DNA of 55,747 nucleotides from an uncultured Marinoscillum sp. (GTDB taxonomy: Bacteria > Bacteroidota > Bacteroidia > Cytophagales > MED-G16). The notes under the pieces are model-generated. The model was not told the origin of the DNA. It made no database searches and saw only the letters and a program-made list of their open reading frames with translations. How positions within the stretch are numbered: the first letter of the stretch is position 1; every line of letters begins with the position of its first letter. Of this stretch, positions 35,894 to 45,811 are shown piece by piece. Both the position numbers and the translations under genes were made by a program. The stretch lies in the NCBI GenBank assembly GCA_902634135.1, contig CACPJB010000003.1, positions 1 through 55,747 of the forward strand, written 5' to 3'.

Positions 35894-36907
35894 ATGAATC
35901 CCTTTAGACCTTTTTTCCTGTATATAATTTTCTTTATTTTTTTGTTTACCTCAAGTATTTATGCGTCTGAAGATGCAGCTAAGAGTGAAGAAGGAAAAAT
36001 AGATATAGGCGGTATGATAATGCATCATATTCTAGACGACTATCAATACGAAATTACACATGGCGTTGTGATTCCTCTACCTGTAATATTATATGTTAAA
36101 AACGAGGGTTTAACTTTATTTTCTTCATCTAATTTATTCGATGAAAATCATGAGCCACTAAAAGAAGGATATAATGGTTTTTATTATTATCACGGCAAAA
36201 TATATCCATTGGATAAGTCTGCTTCTTATATCGATTTATCTATAACAAAAAATGTTTTTTCCCTGTTTATAACTGCTATACTTATGCTAGTGATTTTTCT
36301 TTTAGTTGCGTCTAAATATAAAAATAAGATGGAGACACCAAAAGGGATACAATCTCTTTTTGAGCCATTAATTATTTTTATTAAAGATGATATAGTTAAA
36401 CCTAATATAGGACCAAAATATGAGAAATATCTTCCTTATATGCTCACATTATTTTTCTTTATATTCTTTGGAAATGTTTTAGGTCTTCTCCCAGCTGGAG
36501 CTAATTTAACAGGAAATATTGCAATAACTATGGTATTAGCTTTAATCACATTTTTTATGACAAATCTTTCTGGAAACAGGAATTATTGGAAACATATTTT
36601 TTGGACACCAGACGTGCCTCATGTGATGAGAATAATTATTTTGCCAATTGAAATTATTGGTCTTTTTACAAAACCATTTTCTCTGATGTTAAGACTTTTT
36701 GTTGCAATCACTGCCGGTCATATTGTGTTGCTGAGCTTTATTGGAATGACTTTTATCTTTGGTAGTTATACAGTTGGAATTATGAGTTCCTTATTTGCCG
36801 TTGCTCTTAATATAATTGAATTACTTGTTGCAGGTATTCAAGCTTACGTGTTTACAATGTTTTCTTGTGTTTATATAGGATTGGCAGTTGAAGAAGGACA
36901 CCATTAA
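35894..36907 (+). CDS. atpB: F0F1 ATP synthase subunit a
   Basis: IMHHILD, DLSITKNV, KPFSLMLRLF (essential Arg), QAYVFTM. Confidence 0.96.
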   Translation: MNPFRPFFLYIIFFIFLFTSSIYASEDAAKSEEGKIDIGGMIMHHILDDYQYEITHGVVIPLPVILYVKNEGLTLFSSSNLFDENHEPLKEGYNGFYYYHGKIYPLDKSASYIDLSITKNVFSLFITAILMLVIFLLVASKYKNKMETPKGIQSLFEPLIIFIKDDIVKPNIGPKYEKYLPYMLTLFFFIFFGNVLGLLPAGANLTGNIAITMVLALITFFMTNLSGNRNYWKHIFWTPDVPHVMRIIILPIEIIGLFTKPFSLMLRLFVAITAGHIVLLSFIGMTFIFGSYTVGIMSSLFAVALNIIELLVAGIQAYVFTMFSCVYIGLAVEEGHH

Positions 36908-36931
36908 AGATATTTTTATGTTAAATTTTAA

Positions 36932-37207
<276 letters not shown>

Positions 37208-37226
37208 TTTTTAAAAAAAATTAATT

Positions 37227-37724
37227 ATGGATTTGCTTACACCAGGTACTGGTTTAATTTTCTGGCAACTTCTCGTTTTTTCTACACTTTTTTTGGTGTT
37301 AACCAAATATGCTTGGAAGCCAATAACACAGTCACTTAAAGAAAGAGAGAAATTTATTGACGAATCTTTAGAGTCTGCAAAAAAAGCAGAGGAAGAACTA
37401 GTGAATTTGCAAAAGAAAAACGAAGAATTACTGTCTGTGGCTAGAAAGGAAAGGGAAAAGATTTTATCTGACGCAAAAAAAGTTTCAAATTCAATGAAGG
37501 ATGAAGCAAAAGATAAAGCAAAGGAAATGGCTGATAAGATTATTACTGAAGCAAAATCAGTTATTGAATCAGAGAAAAATAAAGCTATGAAGGATGTTAA
37601 AAACACTTTAGCTGAACTTTCTTTAGATATTGCAGAAAAAATAATTAAAAAGGATTTAAGTAAAGACCAATCACAGAAAAAATATGTTGAGGATTTAATT
37701 AAAGAAATAAATAAATCAAAATAA
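37227..37724 (+). CDS. atpF: F0F1 ATP synthase subunit b
   Basis: PGTGLIFWQ...KYAWKPI...ERE, long coiled coil. Confidence 0.95.
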   Translation: MDLLTPGTGLIFWQLLVFSTLFLVLTKYAWKPITQSLKEREKFIDESLESAKKAEEELVNLQKKNEELLSVARKEREKILSDAKKVSNSMKDEAKDKAKEMADKIITEAKSVIESEKNKAMKDVKNTLAELSLDIAEKIIKKDLSKDQSQKKYVEDLIKEINKSK

Positions 37725-38263
37725 TGAAAAACGTAAGGGCTTCTGAAAGGTATGCTAAATCTTTACTTCAATTATCTATAGAGAAGAAGATATTAAAAGA
37801 GGTAAAGTTAGATATAGACATGCTAATTAAAGTTTTTACAGAATCTCGAGAGATTTCTAACTTATATACGAGTCCTATTATTCCAATTAAACATAAAGTA
37901 AAGATAACTAAGAAGATATTTTTAAATAAAATAAATGAAAATACACTAAATCTATTGCTTAATGTAATATATAGGAAAAGGGATAATTTACTTCGGTCAA
38001 TTTTCTCAAAGTTTAATGAGTTATATAATGTGCACAATAACATTGAAGAATCCTACATAACCACCACTTATGATTTAGATAATGATATATTGAATGATAT
38101 TAAAATGTTTGCTGAAAAAGTTTCTAAGAAAAAAATTTCATTATCACATAGTATAAACAATAAAATTATAGGTGGATTTAACCTAAAAATTGGAGACAGA
38201 ATGCTAGACTGTACTGTCTCTAGTAAATTGAAAAATTTAAGAAAAAAATTAATTAAAAACTAA
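37724..38263 (+). CDS. atpH: F0F1 ATP synthase subunit delta
   Basis: [17 protein letters not shown]. Confidence 0.93.
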   Translation: MKNVRASERYAKSLLQLSIEKKILKEVKLDIDMLIKVFTESREISNLYTSPIIPIKHKVKITKKIFLNKINENTLNLLLNVIYRKRDNLLRSIFSKFNELYNVHNNIEESYITTTYDLDNDILNDIKMFAEKVSKKKISLSHSINNKIIGGFNLKIGDRMLDCTVSSKLKNLRKKLIKN

Positions 38264-38273
38264 AACTAAAATA

Positions 38274-39851
38274 ATGTCAAATATCAGACCAGATGAGGTT
38301 TCTTCTATTATAAGAGACCAATTGTCAAATTTTAAATCAGATTCAGAACTAGAGGAAGTAGGCACCATCCTACAGGTTGGAGATGGGGTAGCAAGAATTT
38401 ATGGTTTATCTAATGCTAAAGCAGGGGAGCTCTTAGAATTCGATGGCGGGGTAAAAGGATTAGTGCTGAATTTAGAAGAAGATAATGTTGGAGCTGTATT
38501 AATGGGTGATTCAAGTAATATTAAAGAAGGAGATACTGTTAAAAGATCTGGAGAAATTGCTTCTATTGATGTGGGTGAAGGAGTATGTGGTAGAGTTCTT
38601 GATACTCTTGGACATCCAATTGATGGAAAAGGGCCAATTAAAGGCAAAGTTTATTCCATGCCTTTAGAAAGAAAAGCTCCAGGTGTAGTGTATAGACAGC
38701 CTGTAAATGAGCCACTTCAAACTGGAATTAAAGCAATTGATTCTATGATTCCTATAGGTAGAGGTCAAAGAGAGCTAATTATTGGAGATAGACAAACTGG
38801 TAAAACAGCTGTTGCAATAGATACAATATTAAATCAAAAAGAATTTTATGATAAAGGAGAACCTGTTTACTGTATATATGTAGCTTGCGGTCAAAAAGCT
38901 TCTACTGTTGCACAAGTAACAAATATATTAGAAAAAAATGGTGCCCTTCCTTATACAACTGTTGTATCTGCACCATCTTCTGCACCAGCTCCAATGCAAT
39001 TTTTTGCCCCTTTTACTGGAGCATCAATCGGAGAATATTTTAGAGATACAGGTAGACCTGCACTTGTTATTTTTGATGATCTATCAAAACAAGCAGTATC
39101 TTATAGAGAGGTTTCTCTATTACTTAGAAGACCACCTGGTAGAGAAGCATACCCAGGTGATGTGTTTTATCTACACTCAAGGTTATTAGAAAGATCGGCA
39201 AAAGTAATTAATGATGATAAACTTGCTGCAGATATGAATGACTTACCAGATTCTCTAAAAGGTTTGGTAAAAGGAGGAGGTTCTTTAACTGCTTTGCCTA
39301 TTATTGAAACCCAAGAAGGGGATGTGTCGGCTTATATTCCTACAAATGTTATTTCTATAACTGATGGACAGATATTTCTTGAGTCTAATTTATTTAACTC
39401 TGGAATTAGACCAGCAATTAATGTTGGTATTTCTGTATCTAGGGTTGGAGGATCTGCTCAGATTAAGTCGATGAAAAAAATTGCAGGTACCCTTAAATTA
39501 GATCAAGCTGCTTTTAGAGAGTTAGAAGCTTTTTCTAAATTTGGTTCTGATCTTGATGCCGCTACCCAATTAATTATTGATAGAGGACAAATCAATCAGG
39601 AAATATTAAAACAACCTCAATATTCACCTCTTAGAGTTGAAGAACAAGTAGCTCTTATATATTGTTCTTCTAATGGTTTTTTTGATGGAATTGAATTAAG
39701 AAAAATTTCAAAACTTGAAGAAGAATTTTTACAACATATTAACTCTAAATGTAAAAAAGTATTAAATGAATTAGCAGATGGAGTTTTGAATGATCAGAGT
39801 CTTAAAATCTTAGAAGATACCGCAAAAAATATTGCTAATAATTATAAATAA
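38274..39851 (+). CDS. atpA: F0F1 ATP synthase subunit alpha
   Basis: [44 protein letters not shown]. Confidence 0.98.
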   Translation: MSNIRPDEVSSIIRDQLSNFKSDSELEEVGTILQVGDGVARIYGLSNAKAGELLEFDGGVKGLVLNLEEDNVGAVLMGDSSNIKEGDTVKRSGEIASIDVGEGVCGRVLDTLGHPIDGKGPIKGKVYSMPLERKAPGVVYRQPVNEPLQTGIKAIDSMIPIGRGQRELIIGDRQTGKTAVAIDTILNQKEFYDKGEPVYCIYVACGQKASTVAQVTNILEKNGALPYTTVVSAPSSAPAPMQFFAPFTGASIGEYFRDTGRPALVIFDDLSKQAVSYREVSLLLRRPPGREAYPGDVFYLHSRLLERSAKVINDDKLAADMNDLPDSLKGLVKGGGSLTALPIIETQEGDVSAYIPTNVISITDGQIFLESNLFNSGIRPAINVGISVSRVGGSAQIKSMKKIAGTLKLDQAAFRELEAFSKFGSDLDAATQLIIDRGQINQEILKQPQYSPLRVEEQVALIYCSSNGFFDGIELRKISKLEEEFLQHINSKCKKVLNELADGVLNDQSLKILEDTAKNIANNYK

Positions 39852-39856
39852 AATCA

Positions 39857-40714
39857 ATGCCTAGCATAAAGGAAGTTAAAAATAGAATAGGATCAGTTAA
39901 GTCTACTCAGCAGTTGACTAAAGCCATGAAAATGGTTGCTGCTGCTAAACTGAAAAAAGCTCAAGACAAAGTTTTGCAATTACGACCCTATTCTAAAAAG
40001 CTTAATGAAATTTTGGCAAATCTATCAGACTCAGTTAACAATGATTTGTTTTCTCAAAGAGATGATATAAAAAACGTTCTTATTGTAATAATTAGTTCTG
40101 ATAAAGGATTATGCGGTAGTTTTAATAGTAGTTTAATTAAAGAGTTTAATTCAGTTTGTTCTGAAAATAGTAATCCCAGAAATACAACTGTCCTTCCAAT
40201 TGGGAAGAAAGCTTTTGATTTTTTTAAAAAATCTAATTTTGAAAAAATAGTTGACTATTGGGATACGCTTAATGTTTTTAACTATGAGAAATCTTCTGAA
40301 ATTTGTGATTTTATAATATCATCTTTTATTGAACACAAATTTGATAAAGTTTCTATAATTTATAATGAATTTAAGAATGTAGCTGTACAAAAAACAGTCT
40401 CTGAAAATTTTCTTCCCGTTATTCAAGGTAATCAAATTGAAAATACTGTTAATAATAATTATATTTTTGAACCTGATAAAAATAAAATAATTTCAGATTT
40501 AATTCCCCAGACTTTAAAAACTCAATTTTTGAAAGCAGTATTAGAGTCTAATGCATCTGAGCAAGGTTCCAGAATGACCGCTATGAGTCAGGCTACAGAT
40601 AATGCAGGAGAACTATTAAAAGAACTGAAATTAACTTATAATAGAACTCGACAAGCAGCAATAACTAAAGAAATATTAGAAATTGTTGGAGGTGCAGAAG
40701 CACTAAATAATTAA
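39857..40714 (+). CDS. atpG: F0F1 ATP synthase subunit gamma
   Basis: TKAMKMVAAAK, DKGLCG, RQAAITKEILEIVGGA. Confidence 0.98.
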   Translation: MPSIKEVKNRIGSVKSTQQLTKAMKMVAAAKLKKAQDKVLQLRPYSKKLNEILANLSDSVNNDLFSQRDDIKNVLIVIISSDKGLCGSFNSSLIKEFNSVCSENSNPRNTTVLPIGKKAFDFFKKSNFEKIVDYWDTLNVFNYEKSSEICDFIISSFIEHKFDKVSIIYNEFKNVAVQKTVSENFLPVIQGNQIENTVNNNYIFEPDKNKIISDLIPQTLKTQFLKAVLESNASEQGSRMTAMSQATDNAGELLKELKLTYNRTRQAAITKEILEIVGGAEALNN

Positions 40715-41872
40715 TTATTTTTTTACAACTCTTTCAACAGGAATAGATCTATCAAAATTATATCTATAAGTGTGATGAACCTTTCCAAGTTTTACTTGAA
40801 CTTGTTCAGCAACTCTAATCATGCTTTTATTAAAGTCAGGTATCCAATTTAATTCTAGATCTTCATAGCCAAGTTTTTCTTGAATTGTCTCTCTGCTTGC
40901 CATTATTAATGCTCCGTCAACACCCTTACCTTGATGTTTTGGTACTATTCCAAATACTAATCCAACCATTTTTTTACATGATTTTTTGATTTTAAGATGG
41001 TAAAATGTTTTTAATTTTCCGATTAAATCTAGTTTACCATTTACATGTTTAAATATTTGATTCATTTCAGGAATACTTATAAAAAAACCAACGGGATCAG
41101 CATTATGATAGGCAAACCATAAGATTTTTTCATCAAGAATAGGTTTCAATTGGGCAAAAAGAAGTTTTGCTTGCGATAATTCTAATTTAGATACACCAGG
41201 ATATTTTGACCATGCATCATTATATATTTTGGCAAAGTCATGTATATACTTATCAATATTCTTTTTGTCTAGAGTTTTAAAATTATAATTTGGGTCTTTT
41301 AAAGCTCTTTCAGCTTTAAAGCTTAATTTTTCAGATAGTGGTGTCCGGACCTTTTTTAAAAATGTTAGTTGTTTAAAAAGTAATTGAAACCCATATTCTT
41401 CAAAAAGCTTTTGGTAATATGGTTTCCCATAGTTCTGGAGATAATTTGGGTCAATATTAAAACCTTCAACTAAACAGCCCCACCATTTATCCCTTTCTCC
41501 AAAGTTTACAGGACCATCCATCGAATTATAGCCTCTTTTCTCTAACCAATTTTTTGCAGTATCAAATAAAATTTTTGATGCTTTTGTATTATTTACACAT
41601 TCAAAGAAACCACATCCCCCAACTTTTAGAGTCTCTTTTTCATTTTTTTTTGAAAAAAATGCAGCTATTCTGCCAATAGTTTTATTATTTTCTTTTAAAA
41701 TCCATCTTTCAACATCTCCTTTTCTAAATGCTTTATTAGTTTTAGGATCAAAAACAGAATTTATATCTTTGTCTAATGGCCTAATCCAGTTTTTATCTTC
41801 TTCATAAATGGAGCATGCTACACTTATGAACTCTTTTTTATCTTTTTTTGAGTTAACTTTTATAATATTCAT
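40715..41872 (-). CDS. YghO-like double-GNAT acyltransferase (bacterial ceramide synthase-like)
   Basis: IYEEDKNWIRPL, GRIAAF, GFFEC, GPVNFGERDKWWG...EGF, FGIVPKHQGKGVD (acyl-CoA-binding Q-x-x-G), ELNWI. Confidence 0.7.
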   Translation of the reverse strand: MNIIKVNSKKDKKEFISVACSIYEEDKNWIRPLDKDINSVFDPKTNKAFRKGDVERWILKENNKTIGRIAAFFSKKNEKETLKVGGCGFFECVNNTKASKILFDTAKNWLEKRGYNSMDGPVNFGERDKWWGCLVEGFNIDPNYLQNYGKPYYQKLFEEYGFQLLFKQLTFLKKVRTPLSEKLSFKAERALKDPNYNFKTLDKKNIDKYIHDFAKIYNDAWSKYPGVSKLELSQAKLLFAQLKPILDEKILWFAYHNADPVGFFISIPEMNQIFKHVNGKLDLIGKLKTFYHLKIKKSCKKMVGLVFGIVPKHQGKGVDGALIMASRETIQEKLGYEDLELNWIPDFNKSMIRVAEQVQVKLGKVHHTYRYNFDRSIPVERVVKK

Positions 41873-41921
41873 TTATTAAAAAATTATCTTTTATTAATTA
41901 AAGTTTCAATAATTTAGTTCA

Positions 41922-41929
41922 TATTTTTG
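41922..41929 (+). promoter_or_regulatory. -7 box TATTTTTG upstream of oadGAB
   Basis: TANNTTTG match 33 nt before ATG 41963. Confidence 0.45.
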
Positions 41930-41962
41930 CTAACTAACACTAACCACAAAAATATTTTTTAA

Positions 41963-42208
41963 ATGGAAAGCGTTTCCAATTTATCTGTTTTATTTAATAT
42001 CCTTTTTAATGGAATGGCAACAGTTTTTATTGTTTTATTCCTAGTTTATTTGCTTGGAAAAATAATTATTTATTTTTTTGATTCGAATTCAAATACTATA
42101 ATAGATAATAATTACAATAATTCTAACCTTGAAAATACAATCTCCCAAAAGATTAAGGAAGTTGCTGGAGATGATGCTAAAATTATCAGTTTCAGAAAAC
42201 TAGATTAA
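41963..42208 (+). CDS. oadG: Na+-translocating decarboxylase gamma subunit
   Basis: Single TM GMATVFIVLFLVYLLGK; small gene directly before the alpha and beta subunits. Confidence 0.8.
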   Translation: MESVSNLSVLFNILFNGMATVFIVLFLVYLLGKIIIYFFDSNSNTIIDNNYNNSNLENTISQKIKEVAGDDAKIISFRKLD

Positions 42209-42209
42209 A

Positions 42210-44030
42210 ATGCCTAAAGAGATTAAGCTTTGTTTAGTATACAGAGATATGTGGCAATCTTCGGGTAAGTATATGCCAAATGCTAATCAACTTATTAAAG
42301 TTGCTGATCCTATTATAAATATGGGTTGCTGGGATAGAATTGAAACTAATGGTGGTGGATTTGAACAAATTCAATTATTGGCGGGAGAAAATCCTAATGA
42401 GGTATTAAGGAAATGGACCAAACCTTTTAATGAAGTTGGTATTCAAACTCAAATGCTTGAAAGAGGATTAAATGCTTTAAGTATGTTTCCAGTTTCGAGG
42501 GATGTTAGAGAATTAATGTTTTCTGTAAAAAAGAAACAAGGCACTGATATTTCAAGGTCTTTCGATGGTCTTAATGATATAAGAAACTTAAAATTATCAA
42601 TTGAATATGCAAAGAAGGCTGGTATGGTTTCTCAATCATGCCTTTGTATAACTCATTCTAAAATACACACGGTCGATTATTATGTTAATCTAGCAAAACA
42701 ACTTATTGAGTTAGGAACAGATGAAATTGCAATTAAAGATATGGCTGGCATAGGGAGGCCTTCATCTCTAGGAAAAATTGTTAAAGGAATTAAAAAACAT
42801 GATCCTAATATTTTAGTTCAGTATCATGGTCATTCCGGCCCAGGTTTCTCTGTAGCTTCTTCTTTAGAAGTTGCTCGATGTGGTGCAGATATTATAGATG
42901 TTTCTATGGAACCGTTATCATGGGGTACAACACACGCAGATTTGTTAACGATTCATGAAATATTAAAGGATGACGGCTTTACTGTTAAAGACTTTGATAG
43001 AAAATCTTATATGGAAGTTAAAAGTTTGACACAAGAATTTATTGATAATTATTTAGGTCTTTATATAAATTCTAAAAATAGACTTATGAATTCTCTTTTA
43101 ATTGAATCTGGATTACCTGGAGGAATGATGGGAAGTTTAATGAGTGACCTAGAAAAAAGTCATATAAGTATAAATAAATGGTTAAAAAGGAATAATAAAT
43201 CAGAAATAAGTATAGATAATTTATTTTCATCTCTTCTTGATGAGGTAAAATATATTTGGCCAATTATGGGTTATCCACCTTTAGTTACTCCTTATAGTCA
43301 ATATGTAAAAAATGTAGCAATAGTCAATGTAATAAATAGAATTAAGGGAAAAGAAAGGTGGAGTTTGATAGATGATAGTACATGGGATATGCTTCTGGGT
43401 AAATCAGGGAAACTACCTGGCAATTTAGGAGATGAAATAATTAAATTATCTGATGATCTTGGCAAAGAGTTTTATGAGGGGGATCCACAAGATCTTGTTG
43501 AAGATGTTTTAGAAAAAAACAGAAAAGAGATGAAGAAAAATAATTGGGATTGTGGCAAAGATGATGAAGAGTTATTAGAATTTTCTTTACACAAAACTCA
43601 ATATATTGACTATAAATCTGGTAAGGCAAAGAAAAAATTAATTGATGATATAAATTTTCAAAAACAATTAAAAGTATCAGAAAAGGAACCTGTTTCAGAA
43701 AATAAAAAAGAAATTATTAAAGTTGATGACGTAATATATGAAGTTGAATATTCCATAAATAATGGAAGTGATGTTTCTTCTCAAGATAATTATGTTAAGG
43801 GCAATAAAGTTTTATCACCAATTGAGGGCAGGGTTTTTCTTGCAAAAGACCCAAAAGAAAAACGTATAAAGGTTGGAGATAGTGTTAAAAAAGGAGATGT
43901 AATTTGTTATATTGAATCAATGAAAGTGATTAACGCTATAAAATCAGATTTTTCTGGTGATGTAATTAAGATATGTTTCAAAGATGGAGATGACATCTAT
44001 GATGATGATGTTTTATTTATAATAAATTAA
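42210..44030 (+). CDS. oadA: Oxaloacetate decarboxylase alpha (carboxyltransferase plus biotin carrier), Bacteroidales-like
   Basis: YRDMWQS, IKDMAG, YHGH, PGGMMG, GYPPLVTPYSQ, biotinyl motif IESMKV. Confidence 0.88.
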   Translation: MPKEIKLCLVYRDMWQSSGKYMPNANQLIKVADPIINMGCWDRIETNGGGFEQIQLLAGENPNEVLRKWTKPFNEVGIQTQMLERGLNALSMFPVSRDVRELMFSVKKKQGTDISRSFDGLNDIRNLKLSIEYAKKAGMVSQSCLCITHSKIHTVDYYVNLAKQLIELGTDEIAIKDMAGIGRPSSLGKIVKGIKKHDPNILVQYHGHSGPGFSVASSLEVARCGADIIDVSMEPLSWGTTHADLLTIHEILKDDGFTVKDFDRKSYMEVKSLTQEFIDNYLGLYINSKNRLMNSLLIESGLPGGMMGSLMSDLEKSHISINKWLKRNNKSEISIDNLFSSLLDEVKYIWPIMGYPPLVTPYSQYVKNVAIVNVINRIKGKERWSLIDDSTWDMLLGKSGKLPGNLGDEIIKLSDDLGKEFYEGDPQDLVEDVLEKNRKEMKKNNWDCGKDDEELLEFSLHKTQYIDYKSGKAKKKLIDDINFQKQLKVSEKEPVSENKKEIIKVDDVIYEVEYSINNGSDVSSQDNYVKGNKVLSPIEGRVFLAKDPKEKRIKVGDSVKKGDVICYIESMKVINAIKSDFSGDVIKICFKDGDDIYDDDVLFIIN

Positions 44031-44034
44031 TAAG

Positions 44035-45225
44035 ATGAACTTTTTTCAAAAAATTATAGAAATGACTAGTTTAAATGAGTTGATGATTGAGCCTTACTAT
44101 TTATTAATGATATTAATATCTATTTTTCTTTTATATCTTGGAATAGCAAAAAAATACGAGCCATTGCTTCTTGTTCCAATTGGATTTGGTATTTTGATTT
44201 CAAACATTCCCGGATCAAATCTTGGAGTTGTTAAAATTGATGAGAGTTTAGGATTAATTCAAATTGCTCAAAATCATGGCATTATTAATTTTTTATATTA
44301 TGCCTTAATAAAAACTGGGTTTTTACCTCCTCTTATATTTATGGGGGTTGGTGCTTTAACTGATTTTGGTCCAATGTTAAAAAATTTAAGGTTAGTGTTT
44401 TTTGGAGCTGCTGCTCAAATTGGAATTTTTACTGTTTTAATTATTGCTAGTTTAATTGGTTTTACAAATCAAGAAGCAGCTTCTTTAGCTATTATTGGTG
44501 GTGCAGATGGTCCAACAGCCATATATACATCAATTGTTCTTGCACCTCATCTACTAGGGCCAATAGCTATAGCAGCCTATTCTTATATGGCATTAGTTCC
44601 TGTAATTATTCCTTTTATTGTAAAATATACTATAACAAAGAAAGAGATATTAATAAATATGAAAGAACAGGATGAAAAATTTCCTAGCTCTGATGAAATT
44701 AAAAATTTGTCAACAATTAAAATTATTTTTCCAATTATGATGACAATTATTGTTTCGCTGATAGTTCCCTCTTCTACCCCTTTAATTGGTTTTTTAATGT
44801 TTGGAAACCTTATAAAAGAAATTGGGTCAACAACTAATAGGCTCTCAAAAGCAGCATCTAATAATATATTAAATACTAGTACAATATTTCTTGGATTATC
44901 TATTGGTGCAACTATGACTCCAGATTCTTTCTTAAATGCACAAACGATTGGAATTATTGTTGGAGGGTTATTTGCATTTATGATATCAATAATAGGTGGT
45001 ATTCTAGCAGTTAAGATATTTAATCTTACAACTAAGAAAAAAATTAATCCATTGATTGGCGCAACAGGACTAAGTGCTGTTCCTATGGCTAGTAGAGTCG
45101 CAAATGATATAGCTATTAAGAATGACCCACAAAATCACATTCTACATTATGCAATGGCTAGTAATATATCTGGTGTAATTGGTTCTGCAGTTGCTGCAGG
45201 AGTTCTAATTTCTTTTTTAAGTTAA
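44035..45225 (+). CDS. oadB: Na+-translocating decarboxylase beta subunit
   Basis: YEPLLLVPIGFG, FMGVGALTDFGP, IIGGADGPT, SAVPMASRV, NISGVIGSA. Confidence 0.95.
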   Translation: MNFFQKIIEMTSLNELMIEPYYLLMILISIFLLYLGIAKKYEPLLLVPIGFGILISNIPGSNLGVVKIDESLGLIQIAQNHGIINFLYYALIKTGFLPPLIFMGVGALTDFGPMLKNLRLVFFGAAAQIGIFTVLIIASLIGFTNQEAASLAIIGGADGPTAIYTSIVLAPHLLGPIAIAAYSYMALVPVIIPFIVKYTITKKEILINMKEQDEKFPSSDEIKNLSTIKIIFPIMMTIIVSLIVPSSTPLIGFLMFGNLIKEIGSTTNRLSKAASNNILNTSTIFLGLSIGATMTPDSFLNAQTIGIIVGGLFAFMISIIGGILAVKIFNLTTKKKINPLIGATGLSAVPMASRVANDIAIKNDPQNHILHYAMASNISGVIGSAVAAGVLISFLS

Positions 45226-45227
45226 TT

Positions 45228-45764
45228 TTATATTAGGGGTTCTAAATCAGAAATATTTTTAATTATTGAAATTTCTTTAAATATATCAGAATATAAGAAG
45301 TTATTATTCTCCATAACCTTGAACTGTTGAAATAAATGATCATAATATCCATTTAAATTTAAAAGAAATATTGGTTTTGATTTGATACCTAAAATTTTCC
45401 AAGTTGTTATTTCAGAAAATTCCTCTAATGTTCCAATTCCACCTGGAAGAACTATAAATGCATCAGAAATATCATACATTTTTTTTTTTCTATCATGCAT
45501 GTTATCTACAATTATAAGTTCTGAAACATCTTTATTAATTATTTCTTTTTTTGATAAAATTTTTGGTATGATACCAGTCACATGACCTCCTTTTTTTAAA
45601 ATAGTATTTGCAATTATTCCCATAAGACCAATTTTTGCTCCTCCGTAAACTAAATTTTTGTTTTTTTTAAACAGAAGCTCCCCAAGCCTTCTAACTTCAT
45701 CTTCTATTTCATGACTTTTATTTGGTTTACTTGATCCGCAAAAAACACATATATTCTTAATCAT
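45228..45764 (-). CDS. LOG family (TIGR00730) nucleotide phosphoribohydrolase
   Basis: ICVFCGSS, LVYGGAKIGLMG, MHDRK, PGGIGTLEE. Confidence 0.93.
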   Translation of the reverse strand: MIKNICVFCGSSKPNKSHEIEDEVRRLGELLFKKNKNLVYGGAKIGLMGIIANTILKKGGHVTGIIPKILSKKEIINKDVSELIIVDNMHDRKKKMYDISDAFIVLPGGIGTLEEFSEITTWKILGIKSKPIFLLNLNGYYDHLFQQFKVMENNNFLYSDIFKEISIIKNISDLEPLI

Positions 45765-45784
45765 TATAATATTATCTTATTTTG

Positions 45785-45792
45785 TAACTTTG
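45785..45792 (+). promoter_or_regulatory. -7 box TAACTTTG upstream of the antiporter
   Basis: TANNTTTG match 19 nt before TTG 45812. Confidence 0.5.
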
Positions 45793-45811
45793 TATCTGAA
45801 GTTGTAATCTA

